Part shown: positions 1-58,827 of the stretch, one piece after another
Position numbering within the stretch: position 1 is the first letter of the stretch
How the letters are laid out: every line of letters starts with the position of its first letter
Assembly: GCF_006345805.1 (NCBI RefSeq)
Contig: NC_043014.1
Location: 8,060,001 to 8,124,000 of the forward strand
Direction of reading: 5' to 3'
DNA length: 64,000 nt
Origin: Octopus sinensis
Lineage: Eukaryota
Program-made: the position numbers and the translations under genes
Notes under the pieces: model-generated
The model's input: only the letters and a program-made list of their open reading frames with translations
The model's database searches: none
Told to the model about the DNA's origin: nothing

Positions 1-359
1 TCTTTTTTGTTGCTGCTGTTACTGTTGACGTTGATGTTGTCGCTGTCGTCGTAATTGATACTGCTGTTGTCGTCACGTTTGCTGTTATTGCTACGGGTGT
101 CTTTGCTACTTGTGTTTAGAGGAGTTGTCATTACAATTGCTATTCTTGCTGATGTTGTTCCCTTGTAAATCTAAAGCTTGTAGTGTGAAAACATTTTGAT
201 GTTCCCTTTTCAAGGATAGTGGGTCTTGTTGTCGCCGCGATTCCAGGCACACGAAAAACATCCGAAAGCAAATAAATACTATAAAAAATGTGTTTTTTAG
301 GGCAGAATTTGGCAGTCTCACTCTTTACCTAGCGATATAGGATTCTCTTTTTAAAATGT

Positions 360-765
360 TAAGAAAGATTTGCAACAGTAAACAAATTATATCCAACAAA
401 ATTTACATATCTGCTGAACGTCCAACACAAATGCTGTTGGTGCTGCTACTGCTACAACTACTGCTACAACCAAAATGCAAATATATGGGAAACTACCACC
501 TGTGTCATCTCTTGTGAAAGGTAGGAGAATCCAGTTTGCTGGACATTGTTGTAGAGCTGAAAAAGAGGTAATTTCTACTCTCCTCCTCTGGAAGCCATCT
601 ACCCGCAATACCAAAGGGCGCACACTCTCCTACCCTGATGTAATCTCCAGGGATACAGGCATCCAGCAACAGGACCTCCGTAATGCCATGATGGACCGTG
701 AAGTCTGGCGTAGCATGGTAAATTCCATTGTCTCGACCACGGTCGTACAATGATGATGATGACAA
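360..765 (+). mobile_element. RTE-type LINE 3' fragment
   Basis: ORF 475..753 has RRIQFAGHCCR...GRTLSYPDVI...AMMDREVWR, followed by a (TGA)n tail. Confidence 0.75.
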
Positions 766-1351
766 CTACTACCACTACTAGTATCTTTATGGTCTAGGTT
801 CATAATCCACCATGGTCTACTTTGCCTCTCTTTCTTTAAGAGTTGATAAAAGAAGTTCCTGTCAAGTACTGGGATCAAAGTAATCGACTATCCTGCCTCC
901 CAAAGTGCTAAGTCTTGTGTCTACAGTTGAAAGAATTATTAACTGCTATTTAAACATTTCCAGGGTTTCAGTAAAAAGATAAGGTGACATATTTACAGAG
1001 ACGGGATTTGTAGTTGAATGAACTGATCTTCATACGTGCATTCAATTCTCTTTTTTTTTTAGAGGATAGATGGAATAATGGATTCAGGCACGACTTAATT
1101 CCAGAACGTAAGAGAAAGTAACATAAACATTAGATATTGCTGCTATTATAATGAATATAAATGATCTTGTTTGATTAAATAAAATAGAAAGAGTTTTAAT
1201 ACTGCTAAATTAGTGTCATCATTGTTTTGTTTGAAATTGCAGGAACTGGGGTGAAAAAGAATTTGCCACTTGTCTTTCTAAGTTTTCTTTTTGGTCTCTA
1301 TTTCATTTTTGTATGTAATATTTGTGTATTCTGTAATGATATGAATTATAC

Positions 1352-1575
1352 TCTCTCTCTTTTACTCTTTTACTTGTTTCAGTCATTTGACTGCGGCCAT
1401 GCTGGAGCACCGCCTTTAATCGAGCAACTCGACCCCGGGACTTATTCTTTGTAAGCCCAGTACTTATTCTATCGGTCTCTTAGGCCGAACCACTAAGTGA
1501 AGGGGACATAAACACACCAGCATCGGTTGTCAAGCAATGCTAGGGGACAAACACAGACACACAAACATACATGCT

Positions 1576-1623
<48 letters not shown>

Positions 1624-1783
1624 TACGACGGGCTTCTTTCAGTTTCTGTCTACCAAATCCACTCACAAGGCTTTGGTCGGCCCGAGGCTATAGTAGAAGA
1701 CACTTGCCCAAGGTGCCACGCAGTGGGACTGAACCCGGAACCATGTGGTTGGTAGACAAGCTACTTACCACACGGCCACTCCT
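1352..1783 (-). mobile_element. tRNA-derived SINE, family A
   Basis: Reverse complement of CAGGAGTGGC(T/C)GTGTGGTAAG...GGTTCAGTCCC (A/B-box-like head), internal (TA)n, tail (AAGAGT)n. Confidence 0.92.
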
Positions 1784-1855
1784 GTAGTTTTTTTTTTTCT
1801 TTGTAATTCGATGTTCTACAATTTCTTTTCACCTTTATTTCATTTCATATTTCAG

Positions 1856-1955
1856 AGCAACTTCAAGAGATAAAAAAAGTGACTATGGCTAATCTCTTGT
1901 GTCGTAACATAGATAGCTTAGGTACAGTGAAAACAAATGCTTTTGATATGAATTC
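1856..1955 (+). CDS. Penultimate exon of paralogous peroxidase-like gene: (E)QLQEIKKVTMANLLCRNIDSLGTVKTNAFDMNS
   Basis: catatttcag acceptor, gtaagt donor, 100 nt, phase 1-2. About 21/33 aa identical to exon 16870-16969. Confidence 0.92.
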
Positions 1956-2794
1956 GTAAGTATTCACTTCATCATTATAAGCAATAATGATTATTTTTAA
2001 TATTTTGTTTCCTTAATCGCGCACTCTTATTCTCTGAAATAAATTTATACTGACAATTATGTTCAAATTTCATGCATATTATGTATCGGAAATTAGGTAC
2101 TATTCAACCATTCCAGTGCAATGAATTCAGGTGAACATAGAATTCTTGAAAGTACAGAGGTTGATTAGTTAGATTAAACCCTTCAAATTGGTTCACAGTA
2201 TAGCCGCCATCAAGCAATGTAAAAGAAATTAAAATAGATTTTAAGGTCAAATTCCGATGTTACGTTAATATGATAACAGACATATTACTGACATTCATTT
2301 AAGCTGCAACCCCTCTCTAAATATAAGTCGTTGCAGTCGTCACCTACCACACCTGTCTCATCGACGGGGCTCTATGTGGTATAGATGCGTATCATGCGAT
2401 TTGTGCGGTTTTTCGAAAACAAGATGTATTTGACAAATTTGTTATGAGAATGTGAGTCTGGAATTTATTTTTCATATATATGGTATGTTGTAGACGGCCT
2501 TAAATTGATGTTAATAGTTTATTTTGTATTTTATGGTTTGTCTCGTATTCTATGTTATAAACAAATATTTTCCAGTTTATTTCTGTTTTATATGTTTGTA
2601 TGTTGTATTTGATGTTGTTCCTGTCTTCTATCCGACGGACAATTTCTATCGTGTAATTTAGATTATTGCTTATGTTACGTTGTAATATATAATTGTTGGA
2701 TATTTCTACATTGTTTTATTGTATGTGTGTTTTGTAGTATCTATGACATCATTTTTATTGCCAATAAATATTTTTTATTTATATTTGTGTACTA

Positions 2795-3210
2795 TCTATC
2801 TATCCGCTCAGTCGAAGTCGACTCTCGGTTACTCGATGGATCAATGTCCTCCAGTCATTTCTATCCTGGGCCGCTTCTTTCAGATTGGTTCTGTCCATTC
2901 CGGTATCACTCTTGATGGTGTCAAGCCAGCGGGTTCTTGGTCGGCCTCTTCCTCTCTTGCCACTAACCATTCCGAGCATGATGTCCTTCTCCAGGGATTT
3001 TCTCCGCGTCATATGACCGAAATATGCCAATCTATGCTTGGTGATCCTAGCTTCTAGCGACATTTTCGGCCTGATCTGCTTAAGAACTTCTCCATTGGAG
3101 AGCCTCGCTGTCCATGGAATCCGTAAAAGTCTTCTCCAACACCAAAGCTCGAATGCATTGATTCTCTTCTGGTCAGCTTTCTTTAGTGTCCAGGTCTCGC
3201 ATCCATGGAA
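2795..3210 (-). mobile_element. RTE (BovB-like) LINE 3' fragment
   Basis: ORF 2800..3063 has RLAYFGHMTRR.SLEKDIMLG.VSGKRGRGRPRTRWLD...AQDRNDWR. Confidence 0.85.
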
Positions 3211-3534
3211 TTAACTGTTACCATATAATATAGTTACTGTCATATCCTCCAGGGGTTAGATGCTTCATCGTTGATCATAATTTGTGAGCGGTGTCCGGGT
3301 TGAATTGAATAATAGAAATGTCTAGTTGTGCTTTTGCATAGCTCTGTATGTATATATGTGCGTATTCTTTAATAATAACGAGCAAGTGAATTATTTGTTT
3401 CTTCTAGTTGTAAGTATTGTAGTTGATATTTTTAGCATTCTTAATCTTTATTTCTAATTTCTTCTAGTTTTTTTTTTCATTATTGTTTATCTTTATACTG
3501 TAAATTTATTTATTGTCATTTTTATTGTTTCTAG

Positions 3535-3871
3535 GGGTGATATCTCTTGTTCTCAATTACCCGAAATAGATTTTTGTAAGTATAACGGTCATGATGCAAA
3601 ATGGACTCCTTTTCAAACCCTTCCTGGGATATGTCTTCGATTGAAAATACAGGTCCGTAGATGTCATGCAGACAAACCAAAATTATGTCCTTGCATTGGT
3701 AGTCCGTTTCTCATAAGCTCCTGCCTAAATCAAATGACCACTCCTGAAGTGCAGGTCATGTACCAATACGTAGCGATCAAGATGGGAATTGATCCGACAT
3801 CACTGGCGAACAAGGAAAACTACGACGTGCTCGTGGAAAGAGCGCTATATCTAATGAAGCAAATGCAATGA
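3535..3871 (+). CDS. Terminal exon of paralogous peroxidase-like gene (GDISCSQLPEIDFC...WTPFQ...CPCIGSPF...MKQMQ*)
   Basis: ttattgtttctag acceptor, phase 2. Ungapped alignment with exon 12800-13142 over about 70 aa, with all 7 Cys conserved. Includes ORF 3641..3871. Confidence 0.92.
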
Positions 3872-3974
3872 AAATGAGAACAATACAAAGATTAGCAGTG
3901 ATTGCTAATGTAACTGCATGTATATATATATAATGTTGATTTATAAAGTATAGAATAGAATTAAAATGGTATAT

Positions 3975-4174
3975 AGAATTCATATATGTATATATCTATA
4001 AATGTGTATATGTGTGTGAGGGCGTGTATGCATGTACATGTATGGATTATATGTACGGATATGTGTGCATTTAGATATAAGTATTTATATGTGGATGATT
4101 GTATATGGATGTTTATATACGAATGTTTACATACGGATGTATATATATGTATATATATATATATGTATGTAAAC

Positions 4175-4241
<67 letters not shown>

Positions 4242-4557
4242 TATATATATGAATGTATATATATATATATGTATATATATGTATGCATAAGTATATATAT
4301 ATATTTGTATCTATGTGAATATATATGTATATATTTATGTATGTATATATATGCATGTATATATATTTTTTATGTATGTATGTATGTATATATGGATATG
4401 TATGTATGTATATATATATATATGTATGTATTTATATATATAGATATAAGTATATATATATATGTATATATATTATATATATATATATATGTGTATATAT
4501 ATATGTATGTATATATATGTTGTATATATATGTATGTATATACATATGTATGCATGA

Positions 4558-4592
<35 letters not shown>

Positions 4593-4666
4593 TGTATGTA
4601 TTTATATATGTGTATGTATATATATATATATATCCATATATATATATATATATATAATATATATTA

Positions 4667-4764
<98 letters not shown>

Positions 4765-4953
4765 ATATACGCATTATAAACGTGCTGCTCAGAAGCGTAC
4801 TGTTGATGTAGTGAATGGTGAAATCCTGGTCCGCAGTGTTTGCAGTCGAGCTCATTGCCCCCAACGGAGCCGCAAATGCATAATATAATTTAGTCCTAGA
4901 GCGCACAATGTTCCTGGAGGTCAGCAATGGACTTCCTCGGTCACGAGTGAACA

Positions 4954-5041
<88 letters not shown>

Positions 5042-5408
5042 TGTATGTATGTATATATGTGTATATATGTATTTATGTATATACATATATATACATATAT
5101 ATATATGTATGTATATACATATATATGTATATATATACATATATGTGTATATACAAATATATGTATATATATACACATATATATGTATGTACATATGCAT
5201 ATATCTGTATATGTATATATATGTATATATGTATATATATATGTATATATATAAACATATATATGTATGTATATATACATATGTATATATGTATATAAAT
5301 ATATATACATATATATATGTATATATATATTTATATAAAAATATATACATATATATGTATATATGTTTATATATATATACACACATATACATATATGTGC
5401 ATATATAT

Positions 5409-5458
<50 letters not shown>

Positions 5459-5495
5459 GGAATAACAAATATTCCAGGTTATCAGGATATATATA

Positions 5496-5536
<41 letters not shown>

Positions 5537-5545
5537 TATGTATAC
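3975..5545. repeat. Complex (TA)n/(TATG)n/(TG)n microsatellite field
   Basis: About 1.4 kb of low-complexity dinucleotide repeats, interrupted at 4770-4960. Confidence 0.98.
4770..4950 (-). mobile_element. Possible Gypsy gag-like fragment
   Basis: [17 protein letters not shown] resembles the invertebrate Gypsy gag motif R.IT.Q.TKFYY. Short and degenerate. Confidence 0.3.
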
Positions 5546-6622
5546 TAGCTTAAGGTGACCCTCCCTACGTGCGGGTGAGGTTGTGGTTGTTACTTTCTGT
5601 TGCTTCCTTTCTGTTTCTTATCGCCACATTCTCCCTCTTTGTTTCACATATATATATATAAATTATACACACTCACACATACACACACACATTCACACAT
5701 ATATATATTTATGTGTGTGTATGTGTTTGTGTGTGTGTATATATACATATATATAAATTAACACAATATATCTGATTAATAATATCTGTTATGATTATGC
5801 GGTCGAGGTGTGCGATAATAATTCACCGTTCTAAAAGACCTGTGGCGGGAATATTTAAACTTTTACGGCTGTCAACGCTTTCTCTGTATAGATACATATA
5901 GACGTACAGTGAGAGAGGTGGGGGAAGAATGAGTGACAGAGACACAGCGAAGGCGGAGAGGGAATGAGAGTGGAAGCTGTCAAACGTCGTTATAGAGAGA
6001 AGTGGAGGGAAGGAAGGAAAGAGAGAGATCGAGTAAAACAGGGTGATATCCGAAAGTGGGAAACGACAAACATTTGTCAAATCTGGGTTTTGTTGCCCCA
6101 GTAACCGCATCTTTTCAGATGGTGAGTTTTAACCTACTCAACTCTCTGATTTATCACGCCTTCTATGCTTGTGTCAATTTTCAGCTCGATCATCTGACGT
6201 AGCAAAATGTGCACCCGATTTCGACCTAAAGCCTCTTTTATATATATATAAGTATAGATGTGTTCTTTGGGAACAAACAAACCAAAGAAACCACAGCATG
6301 CACACACATAGAAATATAAATTGAGAGAGAGGTGGGGATATATGAATTAGATTAGTATAACTATGCATTTCTCGACAGAAGTTTGAAATTTGTAATTCCA
6401 ATATGTTAAGAAATATTTCGTCGTGTAATTGCGCTAAAAATAAAATTCGCTATCATATATTTATTAAGAGTTCTGTCTTCTTTTCCGTTTTCAGTTTTAC
6501 ACTTTAACTTTTGAGCATCAAACAGCTTTTTTATTATTAATTTAATGAATAGAAGCATGCATAGGGAGCCAACTGGCGTGTCCAACAGCATTCATGAACA
6601 CAGAGCAGAAGTTTTATATAAA

Positions 6623-6692
<70 letters not shown>

Positions 6693-7037
6693 CACAAAGA
6701 ATTGATTATATCCCTTAAATACAGGACGATCAGCAATGGTTACAGAGGGCAGAGCTAAGATTTATAATTTCATCAACAATATAACAGCTGTACCGGAATG
6801 TCCTGTATTGAAGCGGAATAGCAAATTGCTTCTTCGAATTGTTTTTTATATATATAAGTTTTGATGAGACAGTTTTCATGGATGCTAGATCGTTAATAAT
6901 GATTTGCTTTATGAACATGACAAAAATTAGTCCTCCAGCAATTGCTAGAACAATGGAAGGTAAATAAAATCGGAAACTAAAATCGCCTCTTTTATTGTTG
7001 GTGTGTGCATGCGTGTGTGTTGTGTGTGTGTGTGTGT

Positions 7038-7071
<34 letters not shown>

Positions 7072-7521
7072 GTGTGTGTGTGTGAGATATGTATTCCATC
7101 AAGTAAAGCAGTGACTTCTAGGCTACAGGTTCTATTGCACCCAACCATCATACAGAAACAGGCACCCTAAATGCGTTTTAGCGTGTGACCCACAGGTGAC
7201 ATATCTCCCCATAGAAATACTTACGAATGGAAAGGATTAAAATGTTATCCGATATTTCCTGCATTCACTGCAAAAACCAAAATGATGTGAAGACGGTCTA
7301 AATTATGCACACACAATACAAACTTAATAGACTCGCCATATTGATTGGAGATAAGAAAGAGAAACCGTGTGCAGTAGTGAGAAATCAGTTCCCTGGTGAA
7401 TGTTATCATAAAGATTCATGGAAAAACAGTACCTTCGCTGAACCACTGATAAATTTACAGCTACTACGCGTACCAAGATTTAGATTTACACCCGTAATTA
7501 CAGGAGCCTTCAATTGTTTGT

Positions 7522-7807
7522 TTGTGTGCGTGCGTGTGTGTGTGTGTGCTGCGTGTGTGTGTGTGTGTGTGTGCGTGTATGTGTGCGTGTGTGCGTGTGC
7601 GTGTGTGTGTGTGTGTGCGTGTATGTGTGTGTGTGTGTGCGCGTGTGTGTGTGCGTGTGTGTGTGTGTGTGTGCGTGTTGCTTGTGCGTGTGCTTGTGCG
7701 TGTGTGTGTGTGCGTGTGTGTGCGTGTGTGTGTGTGCGTGTGTGTGCGCGTGTGTGTGTGTGTGTTGTGTGTGTGTGTGCGTGTGTGGTGTGTGTGTGTG
7801 TGTGTGT

Positions 7808-7845
<38 letters not shown>
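7522..7845. repeat. (GT)n/(GC)-interrupted microsatellite
   Basis: About 320 bp of gt/gc dinucleotides. Confidence 0.98.
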
Positions 7846-9747
7846 TCCAGAATTCAAGTAGAAACATAAGCGGAAAATTCACACATAGGACTTTGCTAAA
7901 GTAAGTAGAAAGACAAGAAACGGAAAATTCACACTTAAGACGTTGTTAATTCCTCATCAATTATCATCCAAAAGATCATAACGTTCATTTATATATCAAT
8001 CTGCCTGGTCACCAATCTTAAGAGATTAAGGACATCAAATCGAGAAAGAAGAATGATATTTAGAAGGCATCAAATATAATGAAACTGTTATAATATGTCG
8101 AACTTTTCAAAATGAGGAGGAGGGTGAATATGGTGCACCTGTGAAGTGTCACAACATAAAACCCCAATGAAAGGCAAAAGTCATTGTAACAAGGACACAA
8201 ATGTACAGTAAAGTTCATGTCTATATAATTAACACACACACACAATCTAGTCTCTTTTGGAACGGCAACACAACAAAGCACTCAATACATTGAGACGGAA
8301 ATTTATGATCTATTATTAATTGATTCTTACAAAATTTGTTCTGTTGTCTTTGTGCAGAATTTGTCAGAGAGTGTTAGTTTAGTCTCAACGTATCTTATAT
8401 TTAGTAGCCACGTGTGGGGTGGATTTGAAGGTTTCTGTAGGAGTGAGTTAATAAACAATTGCAGCGTGGAAGGTGTTTATAAGCCATTTAAGAAACACAC
8501 AAAACCGTTAGATTCACTTCAACATTTAAATTTACCTTCCACGCTGCAATTGTTTTCGTTCGAGCACACGATCTCAGATCAAGTCACTCGCTATGCAAGT
8601 ACATCTCTGTAATGAGTTAATAAAGTTGTTTTTTTTTAATTCACTGATAGCATGGCGAGAAATGTTTTAGAAGTAAAATGGAGGTAACACGTTAGGTAAA
8701 AAGAATGAACTTTAGAGTGTGATGGTAAGGCAAGTGTATTTCAAAATGGCTAATGTACTTTCTATTTGTTGACTGCCATTTATATTGCATAAAGCGTCTC
8801 TCAATTGGGAGTTACAGTTGCAGCTATAATGAAGTCGGCAGTCCACACAGACGAAAATACTTACCAATCATAGACCAGTATTTGATTGTACACATCAGAA
8901 ATAAACTTTAGATGTGTATTTTGATTCTTGTTGTGTTTGATACAGCATTCACTGGGGCATACCATTCTGAAAACTATGACGGAGTTGCTGATGATATGGT
9001 AATTATCTGGCAAAGATACTGATTGCAAAAATGCTCCTAACCTTAGCTGGAGATTTAGACTGTAATTTTTTATTGGAATTAAATTATGGCTTGTACATTA
9101 GGGTCTAGCGAACCTATTTTACACATACTTATTTGTTTAAAAAATTAAAATATAGTTTATAGTATCAAACTATGAGAAAGTGATATAGAGGACTGATGAT
9201 TGGGGTAATATTTTAAGAATGGTTCAAGCAAAACACGGCGTGGTTAAGGAACCGGGAAAGGTACCTCAAGAAAGACGTGTAGCCAAGTTATAAGTAGTAA
9301 GTATTTGAATTAAAATTCTTTTATATGGTGGGATGAAGAGGCCTACTATCTCTAAATGAAAATATGCCTGTGTGCGTGCGTGTGCGTGTGTGTGTGTGTG
9401 TGCGTGCGTGTGTGTGTGTATCTGTGTATAATTGTATATATGTGATAATAGCACTCTCTGGAATAGCTAGTACACTTCAGAAATCGATCGCTTTAGACCA
9501 CACGCGACGAAAGAACATAAATCAAAGTTATGACTCCTGTTTTGGGAAGGTCATAAGCGACATCACTATTTAATCATTCATCTAGGGTAATTAAATATGT
9601 CTTTTTTTTTCCTACACTACAAAACAAAAGAAAAAAATCCTTTAAACCGCAACACTCAAAAATGTTCATATTAAAACTGTTGTCGGACTTGTAACACCAC
9701 ACATTCTGCCTTCTAATTCTTTGAATCTATGTAGGTTTTCTCTATTA

Positions 9748-9778
<31 letters not shown>

Positions 9779-9816
9779 TGTATGTATGTATGTATGTATA
9801 TATATATATATATATA

Positions 9817-9847
<31 letters not shown>

Positions 9848-9912
9848 TTATATATATATATACATACATACAACATACATATATATATATATATAATCCA
9901 TATATTAATATA

Positions 9913-9963
<51 letters not shown>

Positions 9964-9976
9964 CATCATCATTATT

Positions 9977-10490
9977 GAGTGAGAGAGCAGTGCATGCCAT
10001 CAAAGTGACACTGGGGTAAAATATACGAAGCCCAGTATACCCATCATGACTACACGCCTGATAAGGTTACACAAGGCACATGCATCACAACCATATGTGC
10101 GCGATATGGTGATCTCATATCAAGATAAACAGCACATGACCGTGCAGGTGGGGCCCAGTTAGAATTTTCGTCACGTCGAGTAACCCATCCTGCTCAAAAG
10201 GTCCCTGAATAAGGGTTGTTTAAGGATGTTGAACGAAACACCCATGTTTCCAGAGGTGAATTATTCAAAGCCCAAAGAATCTCTCTCAACACATGGCTTT
10301 ATGCTCCCCCACTACTTCTGCTTGTGATGAAAGATGCACATATCGTCAGCCACTAAGGGACATACTCAACTGGTTACGGTCAAACAGCTGACAAGCAAAT
10401 CTGTGGTATTGAGCAGAATATTTTCTGTAGCCCATCTTTTATACCAAGACAAAAACAATGTACATGATAACACTTCTAATCAGTTAAGAA
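9977..10490. mobile_element. ~550-bp non-coding interspersed element, copy a (truncated at one end)
   Basis: GAGTGAGAGAGCAGTGCATGCCATCAAAGTG... next to (ATT)n; five copies in the window. Confidence 0.85.
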
Positions 10491-11428
10491 TCCACATATA
10501 GGGGCCCATGTTAGTATCTAAGGGTCCCACCCCTTCAAGTTTGATACTTTTTTATTCACTCCTGGAAGAATGCATTAATTATTTCAACCTGGCTGTGTTT
10601 TTTTACAGAGTTGAAAAGAAAACTTTTAACAAATAAATAAGTAAATGATAAACAAATGATAGCCTGGTAGTTGTGAGTAGGCCCCCTTATAGCTGCGTGT
10701 GAGCCCCCTCAGTGCCCTGGCAACCAATATTTTTAGGCCCAGTATTATATAGCAATTACAGCTGTTCATTTACAGCTGTTCGTGATAATCATCAATCAAA
10801 TTAAACCCTGCTTTTCTCTCCAAAGCAAGGAGAGGATATTTAAAGCGAACGACACATCTGTATGGTCACAAGACACGCTGCGACATGGAGAAGAGTGAAA
10901 GAGAAATATCAAAAAGACAAGAATTTGAATATATACTGATAGGCTCCAAACTTTTTTTTATTTTTCATCATGTTAGGGTCATCAAATTACGATTTCCTAT
11001 CGAGAAAAACGTGCTAAAAAGATTGAAGATTCATCTAAAAACAGTATAGCTGTATGACTACATACATGCACGCGCGTAACGCTTGTGTATATTTATGAAA
11101 CTTTATGTATGTATTCATGTACGTGTGTGTTCGCGCTCGCGTGTGTGTATGGGTACATACAGCTGTATATATGTATGTGTGTGTATCTTTCTATATACAT
11201 CATACATACCTGTATACGTTTATATGTAAATAGAGAGAGAGAGACAGACAGACAGACACAGACACACACACAGACACACACGTACATATATATATGATCC
11301 GGTTCTTGACTGAAGACTGAGGGTTTCGAATGTCCTGTCCGTGTTTATTGTATCGTCTTCTAAGAGTTATACGTTCTTGTCTATCTTGTATTTTTCTACA
11401 TACCTAATATATATATATATATATATAT

Positions 11429-11575
11429 ATGAAAAAATAAGTCAAAATAGAAAATGCTAAACTAATTTTATAAAGAACATTTCAGTACCGGTTTCAGTAC
11501 CGGTTTCAGAAACTGGTACTGAAATGTTCTTTATAAAATTATTTTACCATTTTCTATTTTGACTTATTTTTTCAT
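11429..11575. repeat. Inverted repeat, ~67-bp arms
   Basis: atgaaaaaataagtcaaaatag...cagtaccggtttc paired with gaaactggtactg...gacttattttttcat. Confidence 0.9.
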
Positions 11576-11621
11576 ATATATCAACTCGTGTGTTCCTTTT
11601 CATCCTTATACATATATATAC

Positions 11622-11686
<65 letters not shown>

Positions 11687-11862
11687 CACGCGCATATACA
11701 TGCATGTATAATAAGTATATCTATTGTTTTGCATAAATACATATACATATATTTAAATATCTATACGGGAAAATATATATGCAATATACGTTTTATTTAT
11801 TATTTTGCACATTACTTGATCCTCGTTATATGTTTATCTTATATTCAATCTTCTATAATATG

Positions 11863-11915
<53 letters not shown>

Positions 11916-12054
11916 AATATATATATATATATTATATATATATATATATATATAATATATATATATATATCTTATATTTTGTGAAATTTTATTTAGTATT
12001 TCTAAACTGAATTTTTCCTTGTAAGTTTGGAATAATATTCCCTCATATTATCAT

Positions 12055-12096
<42 letters not shown>

Positions 12097-12123
12097 GAAT
12101 GATGCAAACTGTACTTGTGTGTG

Positions 12124-12158
<35 letters not shown>

Positions 12159-12464
12159 AAACATTGATCATAGAACATCAAATTTGAGTGAACGACTTTA
12201 TATATAACAACCACTCTTCCAAACTTTTGATCATATATAAATATTACCATAGTTCTTATTATACATATATAAAAACACAAAAAGGAAAAAATATATATTC
12301 GAATAGAAATACAGATATATAGAACGGCCTATAAAAAGAGGCAAAAATGTATTTCTTGTATATATATATATATATAATATATATTATATATATATATATA
12401 TAATATATATAATATATATATATATATATATACATACATACATACATACATATATATATAATAT

Positions 12465-12498
<34 letters not shown>

Positions 12499-12591
12499 AT
12501 ATATAATATATATATCTATATATATATATATGATATATATAAATATATGCATATACATATATATATATTTATATACACACACACGCATTAA

Positions 12592-12651
<60 letters not shown>

Positions 12652-12692
12652 CAACCATCTAAATTTTATGTCTTTTAATAATTATGTACCGT

Positions 12693-12698
12693 TTTATT
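12693..12698 (-). promoter_or_regulatory. Candidate polyadenylation signal (AATAAA) of the minus-strand gene
   Basis: tttatt on the + strand, about 100 nt downstream of the stop codon. Confidence 0.45.
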
Positions 12699-12799
12699 TA
12701 TTTTCATAATGCAGTATTTTATACTGAAAAAATCCCATACTACTAATACTACTAACACAAATATTTCTATTACTGCTACTAAAGTTGAGATTACTGTTC

Positions 12800-57093
<44,294 letters not shown>

Positions 57094-57777
57094 TTTTTTT
57101 CCCCTTCGATGGAGGAAAATCCTGCAAACGTTCGGATTAATCGATGGCTTATGGAATTAAAAGTAATAAAAATACGTATAAAACAAGATTTTGTTTTGTT
57201 TTTTATGTGTACGAACGCTATTGAAATAAGCGACTGCTGTAACTACTGATGGCCAAGAATAATCAGTCCATGCATCCCTCTTACATGTATATTGTGACGA
57301 GTAATAGTGTGGGAAGCAAAATAATTATGATTTCTTTTCATTTCTCATACAGCGTTTCTTCTTTATTTATTTATTGAGTTCTCTCTTGTCTTCGTCACCT
57401 CTTCCCCCCTTCTCTTCTTTTTATTTCTCTTTCTGCTTTGCTTCCTTTTGTCGTTACAACCCATTGCCTATTTGTACAGGTTTAAACAAAGAAAAAAATG
57501 TATGGAAATTAGAGTTGTGCATAACTGGGTCAGAATTTTAAGTACAGGTAGCATCTGCTTAACATGGTATATCAAAAATAATACAATATGATATAGGGCG
57601 GGCAAAATGCTCCAAGGTCTTTCGTCCGTCTGAGTTCAAATTCCGCCGAGGTCGTCTTCCATCATTTCGAGGTCGATAAAATATACTATTTGAATTCTGG
57701 GGTCGATGGAATCGACTTACCACCTCCCCAGGAACTGCTGGCTTTGTGCCAAAATCTGAAACCAATAATATACATAC

Positions 57778-57881
<104 letters not shown>

Positions 57882-58062
57882 CAATATAAGGGTAACAAGA
57901 AATTCAAGAAAAATTTTTCGCCACCAGCGGTCTAGTGAGAAAGAGAAATAGTCACAGACTATATATATATAAATTCAACAATAGAAAGAGCAGCCAAACC
58001 CAAACCGCTAAATAGTTGTAATTCTGAAATCAAAGGAGAAATAAAAACATTTACACTTATCA

Positions 58063-58156
58063 TCTTTGGACTATGCATAGTTTCGACACTTTGGTAAACC
58101 AATCTAATTAAATTAAATTAAATTTATTTACATCTGGCCTGTCTCGTCAGCAAAGA
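58063..58156 (-). ncRNA. Type I hammerhead ribozyme, tandem copy 1
   Basis: TCTTTG-CTGACGA-GACA...TGTC-GAAAC-TATGCATA-GTC-CAAAGA. Stem I 6 bp; stem III is the palindrome ACTATGCATAGT. Confidence 0.85.
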
Positions 58157-58529
58157 AGCCAAGGAAAATATATGTCCACGAGGCGACACCAGCGACGCCT
58201 CGAGTCTATATACTCTAAATTTTCAAAATCCACCGTCACCGCGCTATTTTCTCAGCAGCAAATATAAACTGCTAATATAATTTCAAAATTAGCCAAAAAG
58301 TCATCAATTAATCAATATAAGGGTAGCAAGAAATTCAAGAAAAATTTTTCGCCACCAGCGGTCTAGTGAGAAAGAGAAATAGTCACAGACTATATATATA
58401 TAAATTCAACAATATTAAGGAATGGCCCTAATAGGCCATTCGACCCACTAGAAAGAGCAGCCAAACTCAAACCGCTAAATAGTTGTAATTCTGAAATCAA
58501 AGGAGAAATAAAAACATTTACCCTTATCA

Positions 58530-58623
58530 TCTTTGGACTATGCATAGTTTCGACACTTTGGTAAACCAATCTAATTAAATTAAATTAAATTTATTTACAT
58601 CTGGCCTGTCTCGTCAGCAAAGA
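58530..58623 (-). ncRNA. Type I hammerhead ribozyme, tandem copy 2
   Basis: Identical to 58063-58156. Confidence 0.85.
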
Positions 58624-58688
58624 AGCCAAGGAAAATATATGTCCACGAGGCGACACCAGCGACGCCTCGAGTCTATATACTCTATACT

Positions 58689-58741
<53 letters not shown>

Positions 58742-58827
58742 CTTTTTCAGATCAGTGACGAAAAGTCACTGGAAAAGGATATATGTATTTGCATTGGGAC
58801 CCTTCCATCGAAAAACGGTGATTGTCG

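Noticed and set aside
3961-5553. Many long ORFs (up to 200 aa) rich in Y/I/M/C/V
   Set aside because: These are translations of (TA)n/(TG)n microsatellites. The same applies to ORFs at 7305-7904, 44038-44587 and 53327-54188.
6111-6127. cttttcag-ATG-gtgagt, a possible 3-nt exon or first exon of a third gene on the + strand
   Set aside because: No convincing downstream exon chain. Candidates at about 8946-8998 (FTGAYHSENYDGVADDM) and about 9190-9292 have a weak acceptor or no recognisable homology.
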